IMG/VR virus record: IMGVR_UViG_3300024972_000005
Span: 1 to 61,871 of that record
Direction: 5' to 3' (one strand)
Origin: a virus
Lineage: Duplodnaviria > Caudoviricetes
Length of the DNA stretch: 61,871 bases
Below, piece by piece: positions 26,846 to 39,500 of the stretch. Made by a program: the position numbers and the translations under genes. Every line of letters begins with the position of its first letter. Position 1 is the first letter of the stretch. Below the pieces are notes generated by a model that had not been told where the DNA came from, searched no databases, and worked only from the letters and a program-made list of their open reading frames with translations.

Positions 26846-27576
26846 TGAAGATGATTAAATGTAATGTATGCGGATATGAAGATAACGGAACTGGTGATAG
26901 CGCTCATGCATGTCGTGCGCCAGATAAACACATGAGCGAACAATATAAAAATGCAGTATGTAGAGGTTCATGGGCATTAGGTTCAGCTTGCGGGAAATGT
27001 GAGCGATGCATAGAAACTAATCCGAATAAATCTAAATGCATGAGCGAACAAAATACAGCGTTTGAGAAAATAATATCTAATATGAAATGGGGTAAAAAAT
27101 TAGATATTGACTTGAGAAAAGATGGGGCGGTTTACCCTTACAAATATGACCTCGCTAATATTTTATTTGAATTGTTTCAAGCCGCCACTCTCGAATCAGC
27201 AAAACGTATCGCTGAACTTGAGGGTGAGATTGCGGAATTGAAAAGTAAATGCGAATCGTTAGATATTGAATTTGACCAAAGAGATGATAAAAGGCTTGCA
27301 CAAATTGCCGAACTCCAATCCAATAATAATGATTTGCGTGAGGCTTTGGGAAACGCCCGTATATTAGCCGACGAAATATTAAACGGACAGCAAGCGAGTG
27401 ATGTTTTAGCGATGAGAATTATGAGTGTAGCAGATACCGCCCTAGCCGCAACACCAGCCGAATCACTGGCGAAGCATGATGATGAGGTGATTGAGAAAGT
27501 TATATTTGTTATCAACCAATATTACGACATTAACCATATAAGAGATGATGTGATCCGCGAATTGAAAGGTAAATGA
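26845..27576 (+). CDS. Hypothetical coiled-coil protein with Cys-rich N-terminus
   Basis: 243 aa, coupled ORF. Confidence 0.6.
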   Translation: MKMIKCNVCGYEDNGTGDSAHACRAPDKHMSEQYKNAVCRGSWALGSACGKCERCIETNPNKSKCMSEQNTAFEKIISNMKWGKKLDIDLRKDGAVYPYKYDLANILFELFQAATLESAKRIAELEGEIAELKSKCESLDIEFDQRDDKRLAQIAELQSNNNDLREALGNARILADEILNGQQASDVLAMRIMSVADTALAATPAESLAKHDDEVIEKVIFVINQYYDINHIRDDVIRELKGK

Positions 27577-27577
27577 T

Positions 27578-27811
27578 ATGCACAATATATTTTTAACAAA
27601 TGATGAAGTCGCAGATCTTACGGGCATCAAACGTGGTCACGATGGAAAGACCAAAGTGCAATTGCAGTGCGAACATTTGGCACGCATTGGCGTTCCATAC
27701 CGACCCAATCGTTTGGGTGAACCAAAGGTAAGTCGTGAATATATCAACTATTCAACCAAGCAAGAAATTAAACCTGCAGCAAATTGGCAGCCAGCTATTT
27801 TATCTGCATAA
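27578..27811 (+). CDS. xis: Putative excisionase (DUF4224-like)
   Basis: FLTNDEVADLTG...Q...L...GVPY...GEPKV directly upstream of integrase. Confidence 0.75.
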   Translation: MHNIFLTNDEVADLTGIKRGHDGKTKVQLQCEHLARIGVPYRPNRLGEPKVSREYINYSTKQEIKPAANWQPAILSA

Positions 27812-27826
27812 AAAAAGGATTATATT

Positions 27827-28882
27827 GTGCGGTCTATGGGGCGTGTTCCAACTAAGAACTTAAACCTTCCAAAAGGTATGAGAGCTAGACCGCAAAAATC
27901 TGGCAAGATTTACTATTATCTTGATCTGGGTGGGAAGCCTCGTAAAGAAATTCCATTGGGCGATGATTATGCAATAGCCATAAAGAAATGGGCTGAACTA
28001 AGCGAAAATATACTTCCGGCATCGGCACAGGTTACATTCCGCATGGTATGGGAAAGATATGCAAAAAACAATATGAATGATCTAAGCATATCTACACAAA
28101 AAGACTATATAAAATGTAGTCGTCAGCTACTTAAATTCTTTGACGATCCACCAGCGCCACTTGATTCAATCAGACCTGTTCATATAGTTCAATACCTTGA
28201 GTGGCGTAAAGATGCAAAGGTGCGTGCAAATCATGAGCGCAGATTATTTAATCTATTGTGGAATATGGCGCGATCATGGGATTACACTACGTTAGCCAAC
28301 CCATGCACCGGAATTGATGGGTATATAGAAAAATCGCGTGATGTTTATATAGAGGATGAAATATATAACGCGGTTTATCAGCAGGCAGATTATCCACTTA
28401 AAGATGCGCTTGATTTAGCCTACCTTACCGCACAAAGACCGGCAGACGTAATAAAAATGTCAGAAACAGACATTAAAGAAGGTGTGCTATTTGTTAAGCA
28501 GAACAAGCGTGATGCAAAATTAAGAATTGCCATTAAAGGTGAATTGGAAACTCTGCTCAAGCGCATACAAACACGTAAAGAATTGTTTAAGGTTCGCAGC
28601 CTGGCGTTAATAGTGAGTGAAACAGGCAAGCCTCTGTCGCAACGTGCTATATGGGAAAGATTTGATAAGGCGCGTAAACAAGCTGCTCTAGTCAATCCAA
28701 AGTTAAAACTTGATATTGAAGCCTATCAGATAAGAGATTTGCGTGCCAAGGGCGGAACTGACAAAGCCATTGAAAGTGACGATATGCGTCAGGCACAAAA
28801 ACTACTAGGCCACTCAAGCGTTACTATGACGGAGCGGTATGTAAGGCGTAAACGTGGTGAGAAAGTAGAGCCTACAAAGTGA
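27827..28882 (+). CDS. int: Tyrosine integrase
   Basis: TAQRPAD (R), QNKR (K), RDLRAK, LLGHSS, TERY catalytic motifs. Confidence 0.93.
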   Translation: MRSMGRVPTKNLNLPKGMRARPQKSGKIYYYLDLGGKPRKEIPLGDDYAIAIKKWAELSENILPASAQVTFRMVWERYAKNNMNDLSISTQKDYIKCSRQLLKFFDDPPAPLDSIRPVHIVQYLEWRKDAKVRANHERRLFNLLWNMARSWDYTTLANPCTGIDGYIEKSRDVYIEDEIYNAVYQQADYPLKDALDLAYLTAQRPADVIKMSETDIKEGVLFVKQNKRDAKLRIAIKGELETLLKRIQTRKELFKVRSLALIVSETGKPLSQRAIWERFDKARKQAALVNPKLKLDIEAYQIRDLRAKGGTDKAIESDDMRQAQKLLGHSSVTMTERYVRRKRGEKVEPTK

Positions 28883-28888
28883 TAATTT

Positions 28889-29086
28889 CGCTCCGCAAAA
28901 TAAAATAGTACCGCGCCACTATTGACTTTCAAGCATGGTAAAAATCAATAATTGAGGAGCGGAAATCACCCTGAAAGTGGCGAATTTATTGAATAGTGTA
29001 GATGGATGCTCTATCCACTGAGCTACGGGGGCAGCGCCTTATTTTATGAGGTTGATGATTTATTGATTGCGGAGCGCTCCGCAAAA
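28889..29086. other. Putative attP with tRNA-derived core (29001-29032, minus) and arm-type repeats
   Basis: Minus strand GCCCCCGTAGCTCAGTGGATAGAGCATCC is a tRNA 5' half; CGCTCCGCAAAA at 28889 and 29075; palindrome TTGCGGAGCGCTCCGCAA 29067-29084. Confidence 0.8.
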
Positions 29087-29118
29087 ATGAATAAAACTAA
29101 AAATATTGCGTACCAGAA

Positions 29119-30342
29119 TCATACCGTATAAACCTGCTTTTCGGAAGTTGTTGCCGCTTTAGATCCTGCCAGCCGGTCACGTATTTCCTGTATCGGTAAA
29201 AGCCTGCGCCCCATTTCGCCATAGGTTTTTGAACGCAAGATTACCGTGATTGATTTGCGGTTGCGAAAACCAAAATCGTGCGCCCACCTATCCATTGCAG
29301 CTAATTGATTGAAGGATTCCACCACGATGCCAGGGTGTTCTTTTAACACCATGCCATGATGAATATGCCCTATGTCTATGTAGTGAAATTCTGTTTCACC
29401 ATAGTCTTTTCGGAAATCATTGGTCATCACATGGACTAACTGACTAGGTTTGCATTTATCGGAGTGATGCGTCATGACCAGGGTGTTACCCATGCGGTAA
29501 GCAATAAATACCGTGTCGTTATTAAGCACGTTTACGCGCCCTGTGTGACCGTAGGCCACGCGCAGTAATTCAGCCATCCATATATCATTGGTGCGGCTAT
29601 GGTTGCCTTGGTTGACGATCACATCAACGTTTTGCGCTTTGGTAAGCGCTTTCTCAACAATGAATCGCATGACCCTTGAATAGACTTTAATCATCTTGGG
29701 AAAGCGCGTGTCATAGTCGAGCGCATGACCGCTGGCTTCCGTTGTGCCTGCAAAATTTTCGTAGTGTGTGAAATCGCCAACGTCATTAATGACCATTCGC
29801 TCACACATTGGCAATTCATCAATCAATATCCCGATGGCTGCACATATTTCCGTTTCTGCAATCTTTAAATCGAAGTTTTCGCCAATTTCGGCAGCATGCG
29901 CCAGCATGCCTAAATGGGCATCCCCTATTTCAATCCACGGGATAATGTCATTCTGGTAGTCAAGCGGCGCAGGCAGCACGTTAATTGCTGGCATATCCTG
30001 TATAAAGTGTTCAACGGTTTCCTTAATTAGCTCTAGGTATTTCTGGCTGTCTAACTTGGTTTTAACCCACCCGATCACCGGCTTGCCATCTTTGTACAGG
30101 GTAGAATGACCTGATACCACGTAAGGTTCTGGCACGGTATGTGTCATATCATGATCCGGCGAGAATCCTTGTGTCGCGGCTTTCTTGCGTAACAGTTTCA
30201 TGCTGTTTTGGATCGTCTGCCGTGATACACCTAATTGCCTAGCGGCTTCATGCAGGTTTAACGTTGCATTAATCGCATCAATGTATTCCAGTTGTCTAAT
30301 TGTTGCCCACTCTTTTAACGCTTCGTCTATCTTGGCAGTCAT
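29119..30342 (-). CDS. HTH-fused calcineurin-like metallophosphoesterase
   Basis: GDAHLG, VGDFTH, GNHS, THH, GHIHH motifs; N-terminal HEAARQLGVSRQTI HTH. Confidence 0.85.
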   Translation of the reverse strand: MTAKIDEALKEWATIRQLEYIDAINATLNLHEAARQLGVSRQTIQNSMKLLRKKAATQGFSPDHDMTHTVPEPYVVSGHSTLYKDGKPVIGWVKTKLDSQKYLELIKETVEHFIQDMPAINVLPAPLDYQNDIIPWIEIGDAHLGMLAHAAEIGENFDLKIAETEICAAIGILIDELPMCERMVINDVGDFTHYENFAGTTEASGHALDYDTRFPKMIKVYSRVMRFIVEKALTKAQNVDVIVNQGNHSRTNDIWMAELLRVAYGHTGRVNVLNNDTVFIAYRMGNTLVMTHHSDKCKPSQLVHVMTNDFRKDYGETEFHYIDIGHIHHGMVLKEHPGIVVESFNQLAAMDRWAHDFGFRNRKSITVILRSKTYGEMGRRLLPIQEIRDRLAGSKAATTSEKQVYTV

Positions 30343-30525
30343 AATTACTCCCATGAAAAAGCCCCGTAAAGAGGCCGCTGATTTGTTCGGTGAATAGTGC
30401 CCTATTTATACCCCACATACCGGCGTTAAATTTGCTAGTATGTGGTTTTGAAGTTTGGGTCACTATGGATAAGCTATTTTTAGTAATTGGCTGGATCATA
30501 CTAGGCGGCTTTGCAGTTGCTTCAC

Positions 30526-33500
30526 TTATTCGCCTGTTTCTGTCCTGGCTATAAACAGTTCATTAAAGCGAAGCATTCTGGCGGTGATGCGCTCATTCAG
30601 CATTTTGATTTCTTCCGGCGCTGCATCTACCTTGATTCGGTCTGATCGCATTTTATGAAGCTGACTGATCTCGCGTTGTTCCAAATTAGCGCGGAATACC
30701 AGTGCGGCCTCTGGGTGGCTGGCGCGATACTCTGACGTGTCGATGCCGTCCTTGCGCATCCCCTTCAATTCGGTTTCAGTTTCAAACACGGCTTTCAGGT
30801 TGTCATAAAAACGTGAACTTTGTGATGACTGGCCTTCTGCATCAAGATAAAACCTGCCGACTAGCGGTATTTTGTACACCGGCAAATCCTCGCCCGTTGT
30901 CATGGAAGTCGCGGTCTGTTCCAGCTTCATGTATTCGCGGCCTACGCCACCAGTGAGCTGCCCTATCAGGTAATCAATCTGGTCTGGGGTCGGACTTAAA
31001 GCGCCTGGGGTGTAGTCAGTGCCGCCGGTTGCAGCGTTGATGTAGTAAGACAAAGCCTTGCTAATTGCGCTGGCAGTATCTTTGGCACGGGTATGACCTG
31101 CTGTTGGTTTTTGCGCATTGAAATCCATTTTAGCAATCGGGCGATTAGTCCAGTCCTTGTTTTCTGCCAAGGCCGCAACCGGATCTAGGATGGTCGGCGC
31201 AATCGTCTGCATGGATAAACCAGCATTCCCGATCGGGTTGGTCACGTCTGCCAACATATCAAAGATGTGTACAAAGCGCTTGCTGGTGTCCTTGCCGCCG
31301 GATAGTGCCCATTCAGTCAGAATGCGACCGAAGGCAGGCAGCGCATTGAATCCCAACGGCATGGCAATCGTGATCGCTTTTTTGTTGCCAAGTGGGATAA
31401 TCAGGTTGCGGTCACGCACAAAATCAGGTGGTTCATCATCACCAAAGCCAGCCGCCGCCAACATTAAAGCCTGCATGACACCGAGCAACAGGCCACCGGT
31501 AACAATCGCTTTACCGGCCTTGCTTAATGTCAGTTTCCCATTGTTGTCTGTAAACAGGGTTTCACCGATACGCGCAGTACCTTGTACGGAAGCATTAAAG
31601 AAGGCGTAAAGCGAACCGATTTGCCTGCCCATTTCACCTTTGCGGTTAAAGTTCACGCTGATGTTTTTGGCAAGACTAGCGGCCTGCGCTTTCGCCATGC
31701 CGTTATCAAGCCCGACCTTATAGGCAGACAGGCGCACCGCATTTTCCATTGATTCGTTGTAATCGCTCAACCAGTCAAATATGTATTGCTGGCCTTTCTC
31801 GATCAGGAATTGCTCTGGTTTAGCCAGGATGCCATTAATGCTGACGATCTTGCCTGCAGTCGTCTGCTGCCACCAAGTCGGGTCAAGCGCGTGCCGTAAT
31901 GCCTCGCCGCGCTCTTTTGCGTTGCGGAACATATCACGGTAGCCGGTCTGACCACCTTGCTTTTGGAAGTCCTCAAACAATAATGACCAGTAAGAGTTAG
32001 TTGGCGTGCCGGTCTTGCGCTCACTGCGAATGTCATTGTAGATGCCAATCAAGGCCAATGGCGTATTTTTTAATACGTCCACTTGCTTGCCGCTTAGAGG
32101 GGTGGAACTAAGGTTCAGCAATGAACCCTGTACGTCACGCAGAATATTGATCACACCGAAGAACGGGTTGTACTGCGTGTTAATGCTTGAGAAATAACGG
32201 GTAATTCTGGCTGACGTGCCAAGCAGTTCACCGATCTGGTCTTGATCTAGGTTCTTGATTGCCGCTGCAGAACGCATCGCACGTTCATCGTGTGTATTGA
32301 ACTCAACAAAGTGTTCTTCAATCTTGCCATTGGCGTTGACGATACGTGCCACTACAACATTATCGCGGCTCTTGTAGCTCGGATCTGGCACGTCCATTAC
32401 CAAGTCCTGACCTTTGACCACATTCAGCGTATAGCCTGCGCCATTCCACTGAATGAACTTGTTGGCCTCGACAGGATTTGTGAAGGGCTGCACCAGAGAA
32501 CCGTTGTACAGCACTTCGTAACTATTTTTACCGGCAACCACGGTGCGCATTGTCGGCACAACATCGACTTTCCAAAAGTCTTTATTCGGGTTAAGTGTCG
32601 CTAAACCCACCAGCGCGGTCGATACGCGGTTTTTTTCACCGCGGATGATGTTACGCTCCACCTGCTGCGCGATGTTCGCCAGAACGTCCACCACGGCACG
32701 ATTAGAGCCGGTTGCGCGTTTGGAAGCATTGCCTTTTACGCTAAAGCCTTGGCCTGAACCGTTGCCGAAGCCATTATCCATATCTTCACGCATCAATGGT
32801 ACATAGTGCTGATACGCACCTTCCCAGGCTGCAATCGTTTCCGGTGTTTCAAGTCCGTAGCTAATCAGGCGTTGACGTGAATTTTTAAGAATCGCGTCCA
32901 CTTTTGCGGCTAGTGCCTGATAATTGGCTGACTGCACCGGTGTCAGGTTCGCAAGATAGTCGCGTGCGTCCTGTGTTGTCATACCAGAACCGCCGTCCTG
33001 CATTGCCGGATTAATCTTGGCGATTTGAATATTGCGTTCTTCGGCATGACGTGCCCACAAGTATTCTTCAAAGTCAGCCATATCCACTTTACGCGCCTGC
33101 ATGGATTTCATCAGCGGCTCTAACTCATGCTTAATGAAGTCCTTGGTACGTGTTGCGGTACGTCCGGTATAGAGTTCTTCCTGCAGGTATGGATTCCACT
33201 TGTCATCAATACTGTTACCGGCCTTCTGAATGCCCTGTATGACGCGCTTCAAGTCCACGAACTTGTTTTGCAGCATATAGATGACGTTATCCAGTTTGCT
33301 TTTATCTGGGTTTTGCCATTGCTGGTTCGGTGTATTGGATTGAACTACGGGTGAAAGGCGCGGTGTTGGTTTTGAATAAGCAGAACCAATGGTGTAATGC
33401 GTCACTTTGCTAGGTGATTTCAGGCTATCCAGTGCGCGAGTAACCAAAACTCTGACTTCACCATCTGATACTGTCAGGTTCATGCCTAATCTGCGTAAGA

Positions 33501-36500
33501 AATTGCGCACGAAAGCGACCAGCTTATCCATAACACTTGCTTTAATGCCATTGCCGCCCATATCTGCCAAGGATTCTTCTACACTGCCGACCAGTGACAA
33601 ATCTTTATGTGTAGCACGTAAAGCGTCTGCCTGCTGTTTAATATCCTTATTGCTTAGATAGATACCCATTAAGGTCGCATCAATCTCTTTGCCGAATACA
33701 CGGCGCAACCCTTCATGGGTAGATTCATGAAGCATGGTAAACAGGGCATGATTTGTATTGATGATATTGTTGCGGAACAGGTAAATCTCGCCGTTATGCC
33801 ATGCGCCTGCAGCGTCATAGGCTTTGTCACGCTTAATGTCAGCAACTAATTCAGCCGGTGCTTTGGTGTAATCTTCCAGCACATGAGTTAATGGCAGGCC
33901 ACGTAAGGCTTGATTGACGTTAGCAACGACTGCATTCAGGTCACGAATATCAATGTTTTTTGATTTTTGTGAGAACTTGGATTGTGGACGGCTAAATAAT
34001 GGCAAGCCTTCCAGTGCTTTAGCGCGTAGTTCAGGGGTGATGGTGAAGCCTAGCTGATTACTTTCCTCACTTGGAGTAACACTTTCATCTATGCTTTCAC
34101 CATAGTCATTGACACCAGAGATTGCGCCAATATCAACTTTCTCAACCTTGCCGCCGCCGATTTTTTTCAGTACGTCATTGGCTACCTGTGGCACGATTTG
34201 GTCATAAAATACACGCATACCATGACCGCCTACGGCTAACTGCTCACCTCTTAATTCAGCAACACCGATATAGCCATCAGCATTCACTTTATCAACTAAC
34301 TGTTTAGCTGCCTCTTTCCCAATTATGTCGTCCAGTTCAGATAAGTCATTAAACCCTTTAACCATGATAGGCTCTAGTGAATCTGCACTTTGGTAGCCTT
34401 CTAATACATATCTTGTTTTAATGTCTTTATTAAAGCCAGGGGTCTTAGCAGGCTCATTAAGGTTTAGATAGCCGATTACTTTGCTTAAATCATACAGATC
34501 AGCCGCTTGTTGACCATTGATTAAAGCAACCTTATCAAAGCCATTTTCAGCCGCATAGCGCACCATGCGTTTCAGTGCGAGTGATACCCATGATTTTGTT
34601 TCGGTAACGAACGGGGCTGGCGGTATTACGCCTACCTTTTCTGTTGATTGATAATATAAAAGGTCTGAAACTTGTTGCTGCGTTAATTTCCTATGTGGAA
34701 TTAGTTTTAGCTTTTCAAAATCATCACGTTCAGCTTTTGACAAGCTATCTGTTTTAAACCCTTTTTTCTTACCCTCTTGCCCCCAATCAGATTGAATTTC
34801 ATTGATGAATAGAACCTTATTGCCGTCAGCATCGATGCGCTCGTCAAATCTTACGTGTGCAAGAATATTAGGCTGGTCAAAATGAGATGAACGGTATTTA
34901 TTACCTTTAGATACTCGGTTATTGAGCACGCCGTTAAGCTCGCGCGCATTGTCACTAATTTGACGTTGTAATTCCTGACGTTGCGCATCGGTAGCAGCGT
35001 CATCATATTGATTAGCTAAGTCAGTGCCGCGATCACGCAGTTCTTGAATGTAACCATCTAAGCCACTTTGCGCTTCTGAACCGTCTGGCAAAGTCAGCAA
35101 CAACTCTTTATAGTTCTCGCCGCCTGCTACTGTGTATTTGCCATATTTAGTTGATGTTAAAGATTCATACTCACCCTCTAAGCTCATAAAGTCTTTTTGT
35201 AATGATTCTGGTAAATCATCCAATTCAACATCATCGCCATTTTTGTCAATTAATGATTTCTCACCGCTTAAATCAGTGGCAAATGTATATCCAGCATCTT
35301 TTAGATTTTTTAGTGCAATACTGTTATCAAAACTACCAAGCATAGTTTCCGTAACCTGCACGCCATTCGCATCTAGGTATTGCTGAATGTCAGCCTTGCT
35401 TACCTTGCCTTGCTGCAGGTCTAACCAATCGGTTAAGCCTGACCATTGCAATTCGGCCTGTTTAACATTCATCTTACCGGCGTTAGCGATCAGCCAGCTC
35501 TTCCATTGACCGGCTGGCATAGCGTCTTGTTTGGCCTGTGGGATAGCTATAGCCAGGGCAGAATAGAATGTTGGTGCTGATGGACGGCTGTACAGAATAT
35601 CGTTGTTTTGAGTATCAAAATCACCGTTATTACCAACGGCTGACTTCACTTGATTTGGATATAGGGCAACGACTTCACTGGTTTCGTCATTGAACTGCAG
35701 GACTACGCCATCGTAACCTTCGGCTTTTAGGCGCTCGGTAAAGGCTTTAATATCCGCTTTGGAATATTTCTGTAGCTTCTGCTTGTCTTGGATTGTTGCA
35801 TAGAACGGGTTATGAATAGCCGCATATACCGGCATGATGTTAGGCGCAGCGTCACCGGCCTTTAGATTGGAATAACTTTGTGCAAGTAATGGGTCATCGG
35901 TTAGATAAACCCCGTCACCTAGCCAACCGTGATCTTTCCTTTGCGCGTGTTCAAAATCAAAGGTGCTGAAATCGGATGCTGTTCCGTGTAGGAAGATTTT
36001 TGGTCGTCCTTGGTCGTCAAGTCCGTAGGGTTGTCCGGCAGGTCTTGCAGTAGTTGCGCGAAGTCCTCTTGCGTTTTCGCCGCCTGCAGCCGGTCTTTCC
36101 AATGCTTGATCTCGAAAACCATTGAACCACTCCCAGAAATTAGCAATGCCTTCTTTTGTGGAGTATATCGGTTTGTTATTGGCATTTAAAGAGGATTGAT
36201 TGTTTTTAAAGCCATCACCACGGCTGTAAAGTGACGTGCTTTTGTCGGTTTCTTTGGTTTGCAAAGCTGAAACAAATTTATCCAGCGCCGCATTAATGGC
36301 CTTGCGTTCTTCGCCTCTTGGGAATGGGAACTTCACGCCCCAAGGTGTCAATATTCCAGCGCCTTCCCTGCCATAATTCAGGAATGGACTTTTGCCGCCG
36401 GTCGCCGCAACTTTATCTTCAACGTAGCCTTGGAAAGCACGCGCAGCCATTTCATGCGGTGTAGTCCAGTAATCCGTGCCGCGGCCTTGATCCAGTTCCT

Positions 36501-39500
36501 TTGCATTCAGGGCAAAATCAGAAGGCACATATTTAACCTTTTCACTGCCTTGCTGTGCATCTGCAAGCATTTTCAGGCGACCGCTATAACGTGACATTGT
36601 GCCGCGCAAGTAGTCCAGTGTGCCGTGATTATTCTGTGAATCAAACCCGTTTCTGCCGCGCACCGCTTTGTAGATGGCGCTGATTTTTTCCAGCGCATCA
36701 TTAGTGTGGCGGCCTGATGGCAACTGCCATTTACGGGTGCGTTTTTTACCGTCATCAATGGCGCGATATTCAGCGTCCAAGCTTTGACCATCAAGCAACT
36801 GTTTAGCAATCGTATCGAACTCGGCTAACTGTTCAGCAGTCGCCGGTTTATTGTTGCGCTTGTAGTATTTAGGGTCTTTCTGTGCAGATAAATCATTTCT
36901 GATACTATCCAGCTTGGAAGCTAAATCCTCTTTTGCAGTAGCTACAAACTTATCGGCCTGCTGTGTATCTTCCACATAGGTCGTTGCCTTACGGAACATG
37001 GTTTCCATCAGGTCTTTATAGGCGGCACGCACTTCATCACGCACATTGGATTTGTAGCTAAAACCGCTACTGACCATATCATCTTCCGCGTCCTTAACCT
37101 TGAGTGAGCGAGTGCCGTCACTGTCGGTTATCCATTCGCTTGAGGCTTTGCCATCCTGACGGCCTAAGTAATGGTCTAGGGCATGGAAAAACTCATGCGC
37201 AAGCGAACCTGCCCCGTTCATTTTTGTCAGGTTGATGACGGATTTATGGCGTTCATAGTGCGCTTTTGCAGATGACAAGCCTTGACCACGCGCACCGAAT
37301 GCCAGTGCCAGATCGCCATTCAGCGTCAAGGATTTCGGTGGCAGGTTCAATACTTCTGCCAGATCCAGTAAGCCATCATAGGCTGCATTCATGACTTGTT
37401 GGCGCTCGATCTGATTGTTCCAGTTACCAAATTCAACGCCACGGAAGCCAAAAGTGTCCATAAAATCTTGGCTTTGTACGTCATCGCTTCTGCGTTCCAC
37501 GCCGATACGGTTAGTGTCGTCCGGTGTAGGCAGATCAACTTCGCCAAATGTTGTATTGGTTTCAAGGATTTCTGCGGCGTGTTCGCCCATGTAGGTTAAG
37601 GCTTCAACGCGGCTGTCAAATTCTTTATCTACAATCTTGACGCGCTTACGGTCATTAATGCTGCGGTAAATCTCAAAACCATAAGTGCCATCAGCACGTT
37701 GCGCGGTAGCTACTACTCTATGTTTTGCACCTACCACCAATGCCGGTAATTCAGCTATTGCGGCCTCTTTTGATGCAAAGCCTTTGCCAATTTCTCTTGG
37801 ATGACCAAAGCGATTCTTATCGCGTGAATCGTAGATCGACCAAGTGCCTGCATCCTTCTTATCAGTAGCAATTGCAATCTCAACAATGTTGTAACGCTTC
37901 GCCCATGTTGGCACGTCTGGGTTTCTGTTAGTACGTTTTGCTTTCGTGCCGGTTGATACAGCGGTGTCTTTGCGTGCGCCGCCGATTTTCTCACCTAAGT
38001 CTTGGATATTCTCGGCTGGCTTAGTTTCAGGTTTAGGCTGTTCGGCTGGTGATTCCAGTCTAATTGCAGGCTGCGTATCGTCATCGGCATTATCATCTTC
38101 AATTTCACCGTCAATCAGTTCTTGAATCGCCTCATTCGCCGCATCATCGTCCATATCCATGTAGTAGTAATCTTCTACTGCTTCATCAATCTGTGCTTCG
38201 GTGACACCGGCTTTAATAGCCTTGGTAATCAGGTCACGGTCTAAACGGTCATGCTTGTTTGCAATCGCCATTTCTGGGTGATCTGCTGCGTTATTTGCCA
38301 TGAAGAAGCCATAGCTGAACCCTTCCGGTGTCGCGCTACGTGCATTCTTGGTTGCCAGGCTTTTGCCGCCGTACTGCGTATGCATCTTAGAACCTTCGGT
38401 TGGTTCTACTGGTGCGACCGGCAAATCAGCATTGAATCTGCCCCATAACAGGGTCTTCTTGGTATATGGATCGCCCAGGTGATTCGGGTCGAATGACAAG
38501 CGCCATGGTGGTAAGCTGCCAAGTTTCTCGATACGGCCTACCGGATTTTCAATAGCCCATACGGACGGTTTGAAATGCTCAATGGTCGCCAGCGTCATGT
38601 GAACTAACTGAACCGATTGCGCGGTTCTGCCGTCTGCGTCTTTGGCAGCAAAGTGACGCGCACCACTGGAAGCAAAGTCTGTACATGGGGTCGCTGCTAG
38701 AATGGCGTATATGTCATTACCTTCAAAGCCGCCGAAATAGTCATTGAATAACTGGCTTGAGAAATTATTAATGTCATTGATGTTGATGGTTTCACCGTCA
38801 ATTTCATCCATGATCTCGTCTTGAATATCAAAGCGATATACTTGATAGCCTGCTTCTTCCCAAGGCTTAGACCATGAGCCGGTCAAGTCAAACAGGGATA
38901 GCACGACCTTTTGATTGTTTGCGCTGCGTGTTTTGCCGTTTTCGTACTGACCTGCAGCGTGTTCTTTCCACTCTGCAATTTTGGCCTTGGCCTGCTCTAC
39001 CGTCATCCAGCCATGATCTTTATGGTAAACCTTGGCTTTATCCTGCAGGCGTACAATCTCGTTTTTTGCTGGCTGATCAAACAGGTGATGAACTTGGAAA
39101 TCATCTTCCAGCATGGCCTGCTGGTAATCATCAAACTCGCTGACAATCTTTTTGAGTTCTTTGTCATCAACGCCAGTTTCTTCTGCCGGTATTTCTGTTT
39201 GTGGCGCTGAAAATAGATCCTGTGCGCCAGCCGCCGCCGCTTGATCGGCTTCGCTGTTGCTACCAGTTAAATTGAATGTGTCTTGATTATCTGTGCCGGA
39301 ATTGCGCTTCGCGTCTTTTGCGCGTTCTGCATCGGCTATGGCTTGCTTGGCGGCAGTGCTGTCGCCTAAGAGGTCTTGACTGGTTTCGCTTCCTTGGTCT
39401 TCATTGCTTGCGCCATCTTGCTGTGCGCGTCTGCTGTCATTTTCAGTGCCGCTGCCTTCAGTATCTTGTCCTGCCTTTCCTGCGGTAACTTGGCTAGTTC

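Noticed and set aside
29001-29032. Functional phage tRNA gene
   Set aside because: Only the acceptor 5' strand and D arm are present; no T arm or 3' end, so it is treated as the att core.
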